From positions 1 to 62,942 of the forward strand of contig CALFNL010000322.1 in the NCBI GenBank assembly GCA_937902875.1: a DNA stretch of 62,942 bases, given 5' to 3'. A model generated the notes under the pieces. It made no database searches. It worked only from the letters and a program-made list of their open reading frames with translations, and had not been told where the DNA came from. The stretch is from an uncultured Bacteroidota bacterium. GTDB lineage: Bacteria > Bacteroidota > Bacteroidia > Chitinophagales > Chitinophagaceae. A program made the translations under genes and the position numbers. This document shows, one piece after another, positions 1 through 9,385 of this stretch (positions are counted from its first letter, which is position 1; each line of letters begins with the position of its first letter).

Positions 1-850
1 CATATTCATCAAGCGACAGGGTAGGAATATATGCAACCTCTTTCCGCTTCATTTCGGCAAGCAGGACATCATCGATTACTGAATCGCGGATACTGTGAGC
101 AATGATATCCAGCCCCTGTGCCACCAGCCTGCGGGCATCCTGCAAATAATACACATGGGCCGCTACCCGCCAACCCTGCGCATGAGCTGCCTGAATGATA
201 GCCCCAGTTATCTCTGGAGCCATTTTGGGAAATCTCCCTCCAAAATCATCTACCCACATCTTGATGACATCGGGCCTGAGGGGAATCAGTTTTTCAATGT
301 CCTTTCTTGCTTCTTCGGCTGTGCCAGGCCGTAATACCTGATCGAGGTCTGATGGAGGGCCTCCATTGGGAACGCCAAATCCATATCCCGCCGAATAGAT
401 CGTAGCCCCTGGCAGCCTGCCGGCAAGCACGGAATCCCTGAGGCCTTTGAAAAGCAAGTTCCTGTCGGTGCCCATACTGATCACGGAATTCACTCCATAA
501 TCCTGATATTTCCCTAATTGCCGCAGGATATTCTCTCGTGTATAGTTGGTGGCATTTGCATAATTCCCTTTCAATAATCCCAGGTGATTATGCGTACTTA
601 TAATGGCGGGCATGATGGTCTTGCCTTGCATGTTTAGTACTATCGCTCCGGCGCGTTGAATGCCCGCCTTGATTTCTGAGATATTGGGCCCCTGTATCAG
701 CATGTCCACATGCTCCCGTGGGGTTTTACCCGTACCATCGATCACCTTAACATCTTTAAGGATGTATGCGGTGCTGTTTTGCGCATAACCCATATGAACT
801 GCCAGCAGCATCCAGCAGGATGCAATGAAAACTGATCTTGAAGATTTCAT
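1..850 (-). CDS. amidohydrolase-superfamily metallohydrolase, secreted; C-terminus lies beyond the window edge
   Basis: Absent from the ORF track because no stop lies inside the window. My reverse-strand translation from ATG at 848-850 reads MKSSRSVFIASCWMLLAVHMGYAQNSTAYILKDVKVIDGTGKTP...TIMPAIISTHNHLGLLKGN. This gives a signal peptide, a V-I-D-G-T-G beginning and the H-x-H metal motif of amidohydrolases. Confidence 0.7.
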   Translation of the reverse strand, partial: MKSSRSVFIASCWMLLAVHMGYAQNSTAYILKDVKVIDGTGKTPREHVDMLIQGPNISEIKAGIQRAGAIVLNMQGKTIMPAIISTHNHLGLLKGNYANATNYTRENILRQLGKYQDYGVNSVISMGTDRNLLFKGLRDSVLAGRLPGATIYSAGYGFGVPNGGPPSDLDQVLRPGTAEEARKDIEKLIPLRPDVIKMWVDDFGGRFPKMAPEITGAIIQAAHAQGWRVAAHVYYLQDARRLVAQGLDIIAHSIRDSVIDDVLLAEMKRKEVAYIPTLSLDEY

Positions 851-971
851 GACTAACTGTTTTAGAACAGGAGTAAAGATAATCAGATAGAAATCCGGGA
901 AAAGATCAAAAATTATGGGACTCTGCTGTCAGATGGCTTTTTTGTAAGTCAGGAAATATCTGGAAGAGCAT

Positions 972-1002
972 AAAAATAAGGAGGCGTGATGGAAATCACG
1001 CC
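972..1002 (-). terminator. putative intrinsic terminator downstream of the DUF2723 gene
   Basis: GGCGTGAT (983-990) pairs with ATCACGCC (995-1002), with a 4-nt loop. On the minus strand the stem is followed by TCCTTATTTTTA. Confidence 0.4.
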
Positions 1003-1176
1003 CCGATTTTAAATCCAATATCCTATGAAAAACCAGTCTAGTTAGAGCAATGGAAGTGCCAAAAGTTCAACCCGTTGAGAAATAAGATAATAATAAATTG
1101 TTATTCTTTGAATGCTTCCACCGTATGGAATAAAATTCCCCTTTTTGTAATCGGCCTTCGCAATACTGGTTTTGAG

Positions 1177-4100
1177 TCACAATGATGACTGTTTCTTTTG
1201 AAATTGCTTTTCCCATTCGTCAAGTTGTTTTAGGAGCTGATAGGAAGAAAGAATATCATATGCGAACTCAAGTTGCCGTGCCGACAAATCACCTCCCTTA
1301 CCTTGCAGGTATTGGTAAGCGTTAGCAGTCAGAGATTCAAAGTCGTAATTTTCTTCCCCCAGGGATTGATAATACCGCATCTGCTGCTGCAAATCCTTTC
1401 TAACGGATTCCGCCACCTTCTTTGCCAGGTCAATATCTCCAGAGGCATAACAGGCCTGGAGGAACTGTATGGAAATGGCATTGTGGCGGTTGCCCTGGTT
1501 GAAAGTAATGCCATAAGGGAAATTAGATGAATTCACTAACCGGTCAAATTGGTTCAGCACTTCTCTTGCCTGAGCCTGCTTTCCATCCTCTGCCAGACTC
1601 AATGCCACCTGCGCGTGCACCAGTTTGATGGCATTGAGGCGGCGCCGGTTCTCTTCATCAAAATATACTCCCCGCTTATCTCCATTGCCATAGGCAAATT
1701 TTTTCATGATATTATTGTAAGCGGTTTCATTGTTCACATGGCCGTTTTCAACAGGAACGAGGCGGTAAGACATGCCATCAAGGCGGGTATATTTTTCCAG
1801 ACCCAGGTTGGCCAACGATTGTACGGATGTAAAGCAGATAGGCCTTTTCCATTGATTGGTAGCCAGAATTGCCAAGATTGATAAATCATTCTTGAGTAGA
1901 TAATTGTTCCCGGGCAAATCCAGATGCAATTCATTCACCACCGGGTCAGCTGGGTTCACGGTTCCATTTGTCCTCACCAAATTCATATCCACGGGCACTT
2001 TGAATTTCCGAACGGGGAACAAATGATAGATTTCGCCGTCTTCGGCCTGACGGGTAAACTGGGGATCATCGCTGCCTGTTACATCCTTCAGCACATCATG
2101 CAAATCGTAATATTGGTCTTTGTTGAATCCAGGCAGGTCGGCATAATATATTGCATTCAATTTATCACCCATTGTTTGTTCAGAAGTGAACAACATGTCA
2201 AATGGAGCGCTATTATTCACCTTATATCGTAACTGATCCATGAACCAATCTGTACCAGAGAGGGTATTGATCACTACCCGCACATCAGGCCGGATTCCTT
2301 CTACTTCCTGGGCATACCAGAGGGGGTAAGTATCGTTGTCTTCAAAAGAAAACAGGATTGCATTGGGCGGACAGCTTTCAAGGTAATCTTTGGCCATGTC
2401 TCTGGCAAGTGTCTTCTGGCTGCGGTCATGATCATCCCACTCCTGCCAGGCCATAAGCATCGGCACTGCGGCAAGGCATATTGCAGCGCCAGCCACATGA
2501 GCGAATGGACTTTTCATCCATCGTCCTAACTTTTCGCTTACCCACAATGAACCCAGTCCTATCCAAATTGCGAAAGCATAAAAGGATCCAACATAGGCAT
2601 AATCGCGCTCCCTGGGCTGGTAGCCTGCCTGATTCAGATACATGACGATTGCAAGGCCAGTGAAGAAAAACAATAAAATATTTACCAGGAAATCCTTGCG
2701 GGCACGACGGAATTGAAAGAATAATCCACCCAGGCCCAGCAATAACGGCAACATGAATAAACGATTATAGGCCTTATTCTGCTTATGTATACTATCGGGT
2801 AATTTGCTTTGATCGCCGTATAGTTTATTATCTACTACGGGTATGCCGCTAATCCAATTGCTGTCTCTGGCATTGCCAAAGCCTTGCAGATCATTTTGCC
2901 TTCCTGCAAAATTCCACATGAAATAGCGCATATACATCCAGCCCGCCTGGTATTTGGAAAAATATTTGAGATTGTCGGCCATACTGGGCGATTCACCCTG
3001 GTCCAGGCCGGTGAATTGGCGATAACAATCCAATTGCTGCCGATCATTGTCGCTATCCCACATCCGCGGAAATAAATGGGCCGAAGGAGCATTTCCCCAG
3101 TCCATCTTAATGATCCTGCCGCCCGCTTCATACTGGTCCTTTCCTTTCACATAACGTTCTCCTCCATCTTTGTAAGGAGCGCGATCCGTGAAATCCGGAC
3201 CGTACAAAATGGGCCAATCGCCATAGTATTCCCGTCCGAGATAACTGGAAAGATTAACCGGATTATCTACATTATACATATCCACGGCGGGATCCGCATT
3301 CGAACGGATCATAGTAGTTAAATAAGTTGAATATCCAATAAGCATGAACACGCTGCACCAGAGACCCAGGCCCAGATAATAATATCTTTTACGCCGGGCA
3401 AAGCGGAAGGCCCATACAATACCGGCCGAAAGCAATACGAAAAAAATGCTAAAGCCTGCGAAGAATGGCAAGCCTAATTCGTTTACGCCATAGATATCAA
3501 ACCAGCCAGCGCCCTTCACCGTATATTGAATAATGAATTTCTGTACAAAACCCGTAATGCAGCAACCAATTATGAAGGCCGCAATGGATCCCCAAACCGT
3601 AGCCTTATAGCGCCTGAAATAGAATATCATTACGATAGCGGGTATGGTCAGGAGGTTCAGCAGATGCACACCAATGGATAGCCCCATCAAATAAAAGATT
3701 AGAATGAGCCAGCGGTCGGCTCCCGGCCTGTCGGCACGGCTTTCCCATTTGAGCATACACCAGAATACAATGGCGGTGAAAAAACTGGATAAGCCATAAA
3801 CTTCGCCTTCCACGGCGCTGAACCAAAATGAATCAGAAAAAGTATAGGCTAAAGCGCCAACCGCACCCGCAGTCATGATGCTGAAGATTTGCCAAGCGCT
3901 CAATGGATTTTTGTTTTTTTGCACCAGCTTGCGTGCGAAATGAGTTATGCTCCAAAACAGAAAAAGAATGGTGAACCCGCTTGCCAGGGCGCTAAGTGCA
4001 TTCACCGCTTTGGCAGCCGTGAACGGATGATCTCCAAAGAGGATTATGAAAATCCTGCCCATCAACACAAACAAGGGAGCACCCGGAGGATGAGGAATCT

Positions 4101-4236
4101 GCAATTTGAAACAACTCGAAATGAATTCACCACAGTCCCAGAAACTGGCCGTAGGTTCCATCGTCATCACATAAACCGAAGTTGCCAGCAGGCATACTGA
4201 CCACCCAATGAGATTGTTCACCCGGTTATAATTCAT
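1177..4236 (-). CDS. DUF2723 / GT-C-fold glycosyltransferase-like polytopic membrane protein (TMEM260/PMT-like)
   Basis: 1019-aa ORF with an ATG start. The N-terminus is ...MEPTASFWDCGEFISSCFKLQIPHPPGAPLFVLMGRIF, followed by many hydrophobic helices and a large soluble C-terminal repeat-like region. The call comes from recalled family signatures. Confidence 0.7.
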   Translation of the reverse strand: MNYNRVNNLIGWSVCLLATSVYVMTMEPTASFWDCGEFISSCFKLQIPHPPGAPLFVLMGRIFIILFGDHPFTAAKAVNALSALASGFTILFLFWSITHFARKLVQKNKNPLSAWQIFSIMTAGAVGALAYTFSDSFWFSAVEGEVYGLSSFFTAIVFWCMLKWESRADRPGADRWLILIFYLMGLSIGVHLLNLLTIPAIVMIFYFRRYKATVWGSIAAFIIGCCITGFVQKFIIQYTVKGAGWFDIYGVNELGLPFFAGFSIFFVLLSAGIVWAFRFARRKRYYYLGLGLWCSVFMLIGYSTYLTTMIRSNADPAVDMYNVDNPVNLSSYLGREYYGDWPILYGPDFTDRAPYKDGGERYVKGKDQYEAGGRIIKMDWGNAPSAHLFPRMWDSDNDRQQLDCYRQFTGLDQGESPSMADNLKYFSKYQAGWMYMRYFMWNFAGRQNDLQGFGNARDSNWISGIPVVDNKLYGDQSKLPDSIHKQNKAYNRLFMLPLLLGLGGLFFQFRRARKDFLVNILLFFFTGLAIVMYLNQAGYQPRERDYAYVGSFYAFAIWIGLGSLWVSEKLGRWMKSPFAHVAGAAICLAAVPMLMAWQEWDDHDRSQKTLARDMAKDYLESCPPNAILFSFEDNDTYPLWYAQEVEGIRPDVRVVINTLSGTDWFMDQLRYKVNNSAPFDMLFTSEQTMGDKLNAIYYADLPGFNKDQYYDLHDVLKDVTGSDDPQFTRQAEDGEIYHLFPVRKFKVPVDMNLVRTNGTVNPADPVVNELHLDLPGNNYLLKNDLSILAILATNQWKRPICFTSVQSLANLGLEKYTRLDGMSYRLVPVENGHVNNETAYNNIMKKFAYGNGDKRGVYFDEENRRRLNAIKLVHAQVALSLAEDGKQAQAREVLNQFDRLVNSSNFPYGITFNQGNRHNAISIQFLQACYASGDIDLAKKVAESVRKDLQQQMRYYQSLGEENYDFESLTANAYQYLQGKGGDLSARQLEFAYDILSSYQLLKQLDEWEKQFQKKQSSL

Positions 4237-4568
4237 ATAGTTTTGGTTTTAGTAAAGGCGGAAGCCGGATTGTTCAATAAATATAGTAGCTCCTTTTTAC
4301 TTTTTCTGCTAAGAAAATGGTAAATCGAATTGAGGGTGACAGTAAGGTTGCGATTTTTACGATCTGAAATGACTGCGTTTCAATTGCTTTTGGGGCGCTT
4401 CACAATTTTCAGGAATGTATTTCCCAGGATAAATAAGTCTCGTGAATTTCTCAGTGCCTTTCAAATGTATATAGATGGACGGCAGACTCGGCCAAATACG
4501 GACCTTTGAATGCCCGGATATAAAATTGTGCCTCAGGTGCAATTCCGGGTTCAAAAGATTAAATTTGG

Positions 4569-4889
4569 GTGAAAGAATCTTTTACTTCACCTGCAAATTC
4601 CATTTTCGAGCGACACGATATATTCAAATTATTGATAGCGGGGCTGGGTTTTGCAGCCATATCCATATTAATTTTCTTAAATCAAATTATCATGGGAAAA
4701 AGGGATTCAGGCATTCTTTACCTCTTGCTGGGAATATACTCGGCAATGATCAGTTGGTATTATAATCATTCCATTTTGCTGCTTATCCTGCATTATATCA
4801 TTTGGCCAGTGTATCTGGTTTATGAAATAATTAAGGGAAACCTGGCTCATGATATGTGGAAACAAATACCGGCTTCCTACTTCAAATAG
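4569..4889 (+). CDS. small hypothetical membrane protein (about 3 TM helices)
   Basis: 106-aa ORF with a GTG start. Three hydrophobic stretches (LLIAGLGFAAISILIFL, ILYLLLGIYSAMISWYY, ILLLILHYIIWPVYLVY). No recognisable family. Confidence 0.4.
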   Translation: MKESFTSPANSIFERHDIFKLLIAGLGFAAISILIFLNQIIMGKRDSGILYLLLGIYSAMISWYYNHSILLLILHYIIWPVYLVYEIIKGNLAHDMWKQIPASYFK

Positions 4890-4948
4890 CAGGACTTCAA
4901 AACGACTACTTTGAGTTCGATTCAATCTTCGTGGTCAATGATGGCGGA

Positions 4949-7639
4949 TCAATTCAATTTTTCTTTTTTCAGTTCAGATAAACTGTCGTCTTTTTCCGCT
5001 TTTCCGGTTAGCCCTTTCTTTTTAGTGATCTCCCTTGTCAAATCAGCGATCAGGGAAGTCCATCCGGTTTGATGGCTTGCACCCAGTCCCTGGCCCGTAT
5101 CGCCATGAAAATATTCATAAAAGAGAAGCAGGTGCTCATTGCCACGCCTACGGTAAAACCAGTCATAAGGTCCGTATAACCTGCGTTTCCCTTCAGGATC
5201 CTTCTCGAATAAACTGACTACTCTTCTTGTCAACTCGTCTGCCACCTGTTCCAGGTTCATCTTCTGCCCTGAACCAACCGGGCATTCCACCAACAAGCTA
5301 TCTCCATAAAATTCCCCGAATTTCCTGATAGACTGAATGATCAGATAATTGATGGGCATCCACACGGGTCCTCTCCAATTGGAATTGCCTCCGAAAAAAT
5401 CCGAAGTGGAATCGCCGGGATCATATTGGATTTTATAGAACACACCATCAAGCGTAACGGTGTACGGATGTTCCTTGTGATACTTGCTGAGAGCCCTTAT
5501 GCCACCGTCGGAAAGGAATTCGGATTCATTCAAGACTCTTTCCAGGAGATAAACAAGTCTTTTTTGCGGCACAACTGAGAGCAGGGTCTTTTCTCCATCT
5601 GCCCTTTCCTCATTTGGCCAGAAACGGTTATTCTTTCGTCTATAATTTTCAAACCATGTGATCCGCTTTTTGAAATCCTCCAGCTTCTGCAATTTTATTT
5701 TGTCAATGATGGACACCGCGAATAAAGAGGTGAGTCCTACAATGGAATAGATTCTCAAATGCAATGGCTCAGATCCGGCAATGGAAAGAGTGTCATAAAA
5801 AAATCTGTCTTCTTCATTCCACATGCCCTGCACATTTAGGGCATCGGCAATAAAAACAAACTGTTCAAAAAACTTGGTGGCCGTATCTTCAAATGACCTG
5901 TCTACAATGGCGATCTCGAGTGCGATATCGAGCATATTCAGGGCATACATGCCCATCCAACTGGTACCATCAGCCTGCTCCAATTGCATTTCCCCGGGCA
6001 ATTGGCTGCTGCGATTGAAGACGCCAATATTATCCAGTCCGAGGAATCCTCCTTCAAACATATTATTCCCATTCGCGTCTTTACGATTTATCCACCAGGT
6101 AAAGTTGATAAGCAGCTTTTGAAAAACCCTTTTGAGGAAACCGAGATCACCCTTACCCGTCATATTCTTTTCCAAATGGTAAACCTGCAGCGCTGCCCAG
6201 GCCTGTACTGGTGGATTCACGTCACTGAAATTCCATTCGTATGCAGGTAGTTGCCCGTCGGGTTTCATATACCATTCCCGCATGATCAGCATTAATTGGT
6301 GTTTGGCGAAAGTGGGATCCACCAGGGCCATTGCGATGCTTTGAAAGGCAAGATCCCAGGCCGCGTACCAGGGATATTCCCATTTGTCAGGCATGGCGAT
6401 GATGTCCTGATTCTTGAGATGCTTCCAGTCGTGATTACGGCCATTCAACTTCACGTCATTCACCGGTGTAATGCCATCACTGGTGCTAAGCCATCGTTCC
6501 ACATCATAATGATAGTATTGCTTATTCCACAAGAGCCCCGCCAGAGCCTGCCGCTGTATCCGGCTCATCTCTTCCAAATTACCGGAGGGCAGAATGGCCT
6601 TATAAAAATCATCGGCTTCCTGTTTCCGTTTGGAAAATAATTTTTGAAAGCCATTAATAAATGGATCGTCGGTAAGCCTGTTGCTCAAGCATAAGTAAAT
6701 AGTCTGTGTTTTTCCGGCTTTGATTTGCATCCGGTACACAGGCGAGAATTTGGTACCGCCTTTTTTCTTTCTGAGTGCTTCAAGGTTTTCTCCCTTGATG
6801 ATGCCATTATGAAAAGCATCCTTGGTGAAAATGCTTTCGTTTGGGATGCCTGAAACTATTTCAGTATTGGTGGCATTTTCGGTAAAAAGCTGATCGTGCG
6901 GTGGCTGATAATAGAAATAATAAGTGCCCAGGCGACTGTGGGTGGCTTTCACCGAATTTTGATTCTTCATGGGCGCGATGAAAGCCTTCTTGTCGGTCTG
7001 CTCATAGTTCCATCGATTGTAGAACCATAGGGTAGGCAATACCGTTAAACTGGCCATCCGCGGCCCTTTGTTTGTAATATCAATCCGGATGAAGATTTCC
7101 TGAGAGTTTTCCTTAGCGTAGGTAACCTGCACGTCAAAATATTCATCATTGTCGAATATGCCCGTATCCAGGATTTCGAATTCGGGATCCTGTTTAGACC
7201 TTGACCTGTTCTTTTCCAATAATTCCTTGTAGGGAAATTCTTTCTGTGGGTATTTGTACAAATACTCCATGTAATAATGGGTGGGAAGATTGTCGAGGTA
7301 ATAGTACAATTCCTTCACGTCCTCTCCGTGATTGCCTTCATAATTGCCGAGGCCAAACAGCCTTTCCTTGAGTATCCTGTCCTTTCCATTCCAGAGCGCA
7401 ACGGCGAAACAAAGATTCTGGAAGAAATCAGAAATGCCTGCCAGGCCATCTTCCCCCCAACGATAGCATCTGCAATGCGCGTGGTCAAAAGGGAAATATC
7501 CCCATGCATCACCATTATTGCTGTAGTCTTCCCGCACGGTGCCCCATTGTCGTTCACTCAGGTATGGGCCCCATTGCTCTAACGGTATTTTTTTGCCCGC
7601 ATTCACTGCAAGGCGTTGATTTTCTGCTGTCATTTTCAT
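4949..7639 (-). CDS. GH63-like (MGH1-like) glycoside hydrolase / putative glucosidase
   Basis: About 896-aa ORF. N-terminal WGPYLSERQWGTVREDYSNNGDAWGYFPFDHA...YRWGEDGLAGISD and a C-terminal (alpha/alpha)6-type region (...GGNSNWRGPVWMPINYL...) match the roughly 890-aa bacterial glucosidase family as I recall it. The track start at 7642 is TTG. I prefer the ATG at 7639. Confidence 0.65.
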   Translation of the reverse strand: MKMTAENQRLAVNAGKKIPLEQWGPYLSERQWGTVREDYSNNGDAWGYFPFDHAHCRCYRWGEDGLAGISDFFQNLCFAVALWNGKDRILKERLFGLGNYEGNHGEDVKELYYYLDNLPTHYYMEYLYKYPQKEFPYKELLEKNRSRSKQDPEFEILDTGIFDNDEYFDVQVTYAKENSQEIFIRIDITNKGPRMASLTVLPTLWFYNRWNYEQTDKKAFIAPMKNQNSVKATHSRLGTYYFYYQPPHDQLFTENATNTEIVSGIPNESIFTKDAFHNGIIKGENLEALRKKKGGTKFSPVYRMQIKAGKTQTIYLCLSNRLTDDPFINGFQKLFSKRKQEADDFYKAILPSGNLEEMSRIQRQALAGLLWNKQYYHYDVERWLSTSDGITPVNDVKLNGRNHDWKHLKNQDIIAMPDKWEYPWYAAWDLAFQSIAMALVDPTFAKHQLMLIMREWYMKPDGQLPAYEWNFSDVNPPVQAWAALQVYHLEKNMTGKGDLGFLKRVFQKLLINFTWWINRKDANGNNMFEGGFLGLDNIGVFNRSSQLPGEMQLEQADGTSWMGMYALNMLDIALEIAIVDRSFEDTATKFFEQFVFIADALNVQGMWNEEDRFFYDTLSIAGSEPLHLRIYSIVGLTSLFAVSIIDKIKLQKLEDFKKRITWFENYRRKNNRFWPNEERADGEKTLLSVVPQKRLVYLLERVLNESEFLSDGGIRALSKYHKEHPYTVTLDGVFYKIQYDPGDSTSDFFGGNSNWRGPVWMPINYLIIQSIRKFGEFYGDSLLVECPVGSGQKMNLEQVADELTRRVVSLFEKDPEGKRRLYGPYDWFYRRRGNEHLLLFYEYFHGDTGQGLGASHQTGWTSLIADLTREITKKKGLTGKAEKDDSLSELKKEKLN

Positions 7640-7970
7640 CAATTTTCATGACGCCGGGCATACTGGAAATTCCTCTACCGCAATTGCATTCCCCGCGTCA
7701 TGAATTCTTTTTTTAAAACTTTCCGGCAAGCGACCGGTGACAAATATAAAGGGAATCCTTTCCCACTCGATGGCGCGAAATTAAGATTTGTCGGCCATTT
7801 GAGGAATTCAGGCTTTAAGAATTGTCCATTCCCGGCCCCCGGCCGATTCCGGCTGAATATGGTATGGCGAAAGAGTCTGAAAAACTTGCCTGAAAAATTC
7901 AGGCTTTTACTTATTTTGTATTCGGATCCAGGCTTCAATTCCATTAAACCTTTTCGCAAAAAATACAGCT

Positions 7971-9269
7971 ATGTTCAAATGGCTTCTCACCGCTTGCTGT
8001 ATATTGGCTTGCTACATTGGCGGCTATTCCCAATCATTGTATGAAATGAAATTTACCGACAAGAATAAAGTCGAATATACCGGCTTGCTTGTGTATTTCA
8101 ACGAGAGCAAGGGATATATGCGAATCGCCTATACTACGAACAATGTGTACAATGTAGTGAACGTAGATTATACCTCCGTTGCCGGTAAGCTGGGCGATAA
8201 TATCAATTATTTCTTTATGAAAGGCAGCAATCCAAAGTTCATAACGGACCATGCTGCCGATGCAAGGTACAATTCCGACTACTTCATCTGGACCTGGAAA
8301 AACGGACAGGCGCAGCAATTGCCCTATACCACCGACGACTCAAGTTTCCAGGTGGGAAATATGCTTCCGGTTGCTTCATTTGTGCAATTAAAGACAACTG
8401 AAATCACCGATACCTACCTGCGTTATTTTTTCGGTTCCAACGAAATGGAATACATCTCTCTCAAAAAGATGTGTGGCATCACTGACGTAAAGGATCCGGT
8501 TGTCAGCAACAATGGTATCACTTTGCATTTTGTTATAGTTGCCAATACCCTTATTGGGGATATTGGGAAGAGCTGCAATACTGATAAAGACAGGCTGGAA
8601 TATGAATTCAGCAGCATTGCCGACGCGCTCCAAATAGGATTCAAGAAATATGAAGTATATGGAGAAAATTTCAACAAGTACAATGTAAATTCTATTCTGA
8701 ACAGTGTATCCGTTTCTCCAAATGACATTGTGATATTCGTGTACAGAGGGCACGGATTCAGATGGTCAGATCAAAAGGACAGTTGGCCCATGCTTGACCT
8801 CCGAACTTCATTTTACAACCCGATCAATGATAACAGCTCCATTAACCTCGGAACAGTATATACAAGCCTTGTAGGAAAAGGCGCGCGCCTGAATATCATT
8901 CTCGGAGACTGCTGCAATTCAGATGTTGGAATCAGCAAGATGACCGCGAATAATTTCCTCAATCCGCAAGCCGACAATAAGCCCGATGTGGGTAAGCTGA
9001 GAAGGCTATTCATATCAGCCAAAGGAAATATTTTATCGGCCGCTGCAAAGCCGGGAGAAGTTTCCTGGGCAAATGATTTTGGAGGGTTTTTCACCATCAG
9101 CTTTCTGCAGGCAATGAAAGAGCAGATAAGCTATCTCACCTATGGAGCACCCGACTGGCAGCAAATAATCAACTATACCATTCAACTGGCAAGGGATAAG
9201 ACCTCGCAGAATCAATGTAATAATTGCTCCATACAAGACGGAATTCAGTACGCGGCCATCAATTATTGA
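7971..9269 (+). CDS. secreted/lipoprotein clan-CD (caspase/C14-like) cysteine peptidase homolog with an unassigned N-terminal domain
   Basis: Signal peptide MFKWLLTACCILACYIGG. The C-terminal half has caspase-fold landmarks: LHFVIVANT strand, IVIFVYRGHG (His261, codon 8751-8753), LNIILGDCCNSD (Cys314/315, 8910-8915) and ILSAAAKPGEVSW. Confidence 0.5.
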   Translation: MFKWLLTACCILACYIGGYSQSLYEMKFTDKNKVEYTGLLVYFNESKGYMRIAYTTNNVYNVVNVDYTSVAGKLGDNINYFFMKGSNPKFITDHAADARYNSDYFIWTWKNGQAQQLPYTTDDSSFQVGNMLPVASFVQLKTTEITDTYLRYFFGSNEMEYISLKKMCGITDVKDPVVSNNGITLHFVIVANTLIGDIGKSCNTDKDRLEYEFSSIADALQIGFKKYEVYGENFNKYNVNSILNSVSVSPNDIVIFVYRGHGFRWSDQKDSWPMLDLRTSFYNPINDNSSINLGTVYTSLVGKGARLNIILGDCCNSDVGISKMTANNFLNPQADNKPDVGKLRRLFISAKGNILSAAAKPGEVSWANDFGGFFTISFLQAMKEQISYLTYGAPDWQQIINYTIQLARDKTSQNQCNNCSIQDGIQYAAINY

Positions 9270-9385
9270 AATCAATTGGGCCAAAATTTTCCATTGGTGA
9301 ATTTCACAAAATGTGAAAGGAATTCATACAATTTATTTGCTGTTTTTCCTTTTTTTAGCTGCCCTTCAATTGCTACCTTCCATGT

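Noticed and set aside
4357-4765. Short ORFs 4357-4554 (minus) and 4475-4765 (plus) in the DUF2723 upstream region.
   Set aside because: They overlap each other and the more plausible 3-TM ORF at 4569-4889, and have no supporting features.
7805-7907. 12-nt direct repeat AATTCAGGCTTT (7805-7816 and 7896-7907) upstream of the caspase-like gene. The second copy forms a GCCTGAA/TTCAGGC hairpin.
   Set aside because: A single 12-mer repeat within about 100 nt is expected by chance roughly once every few such windows, and I see no further structure.
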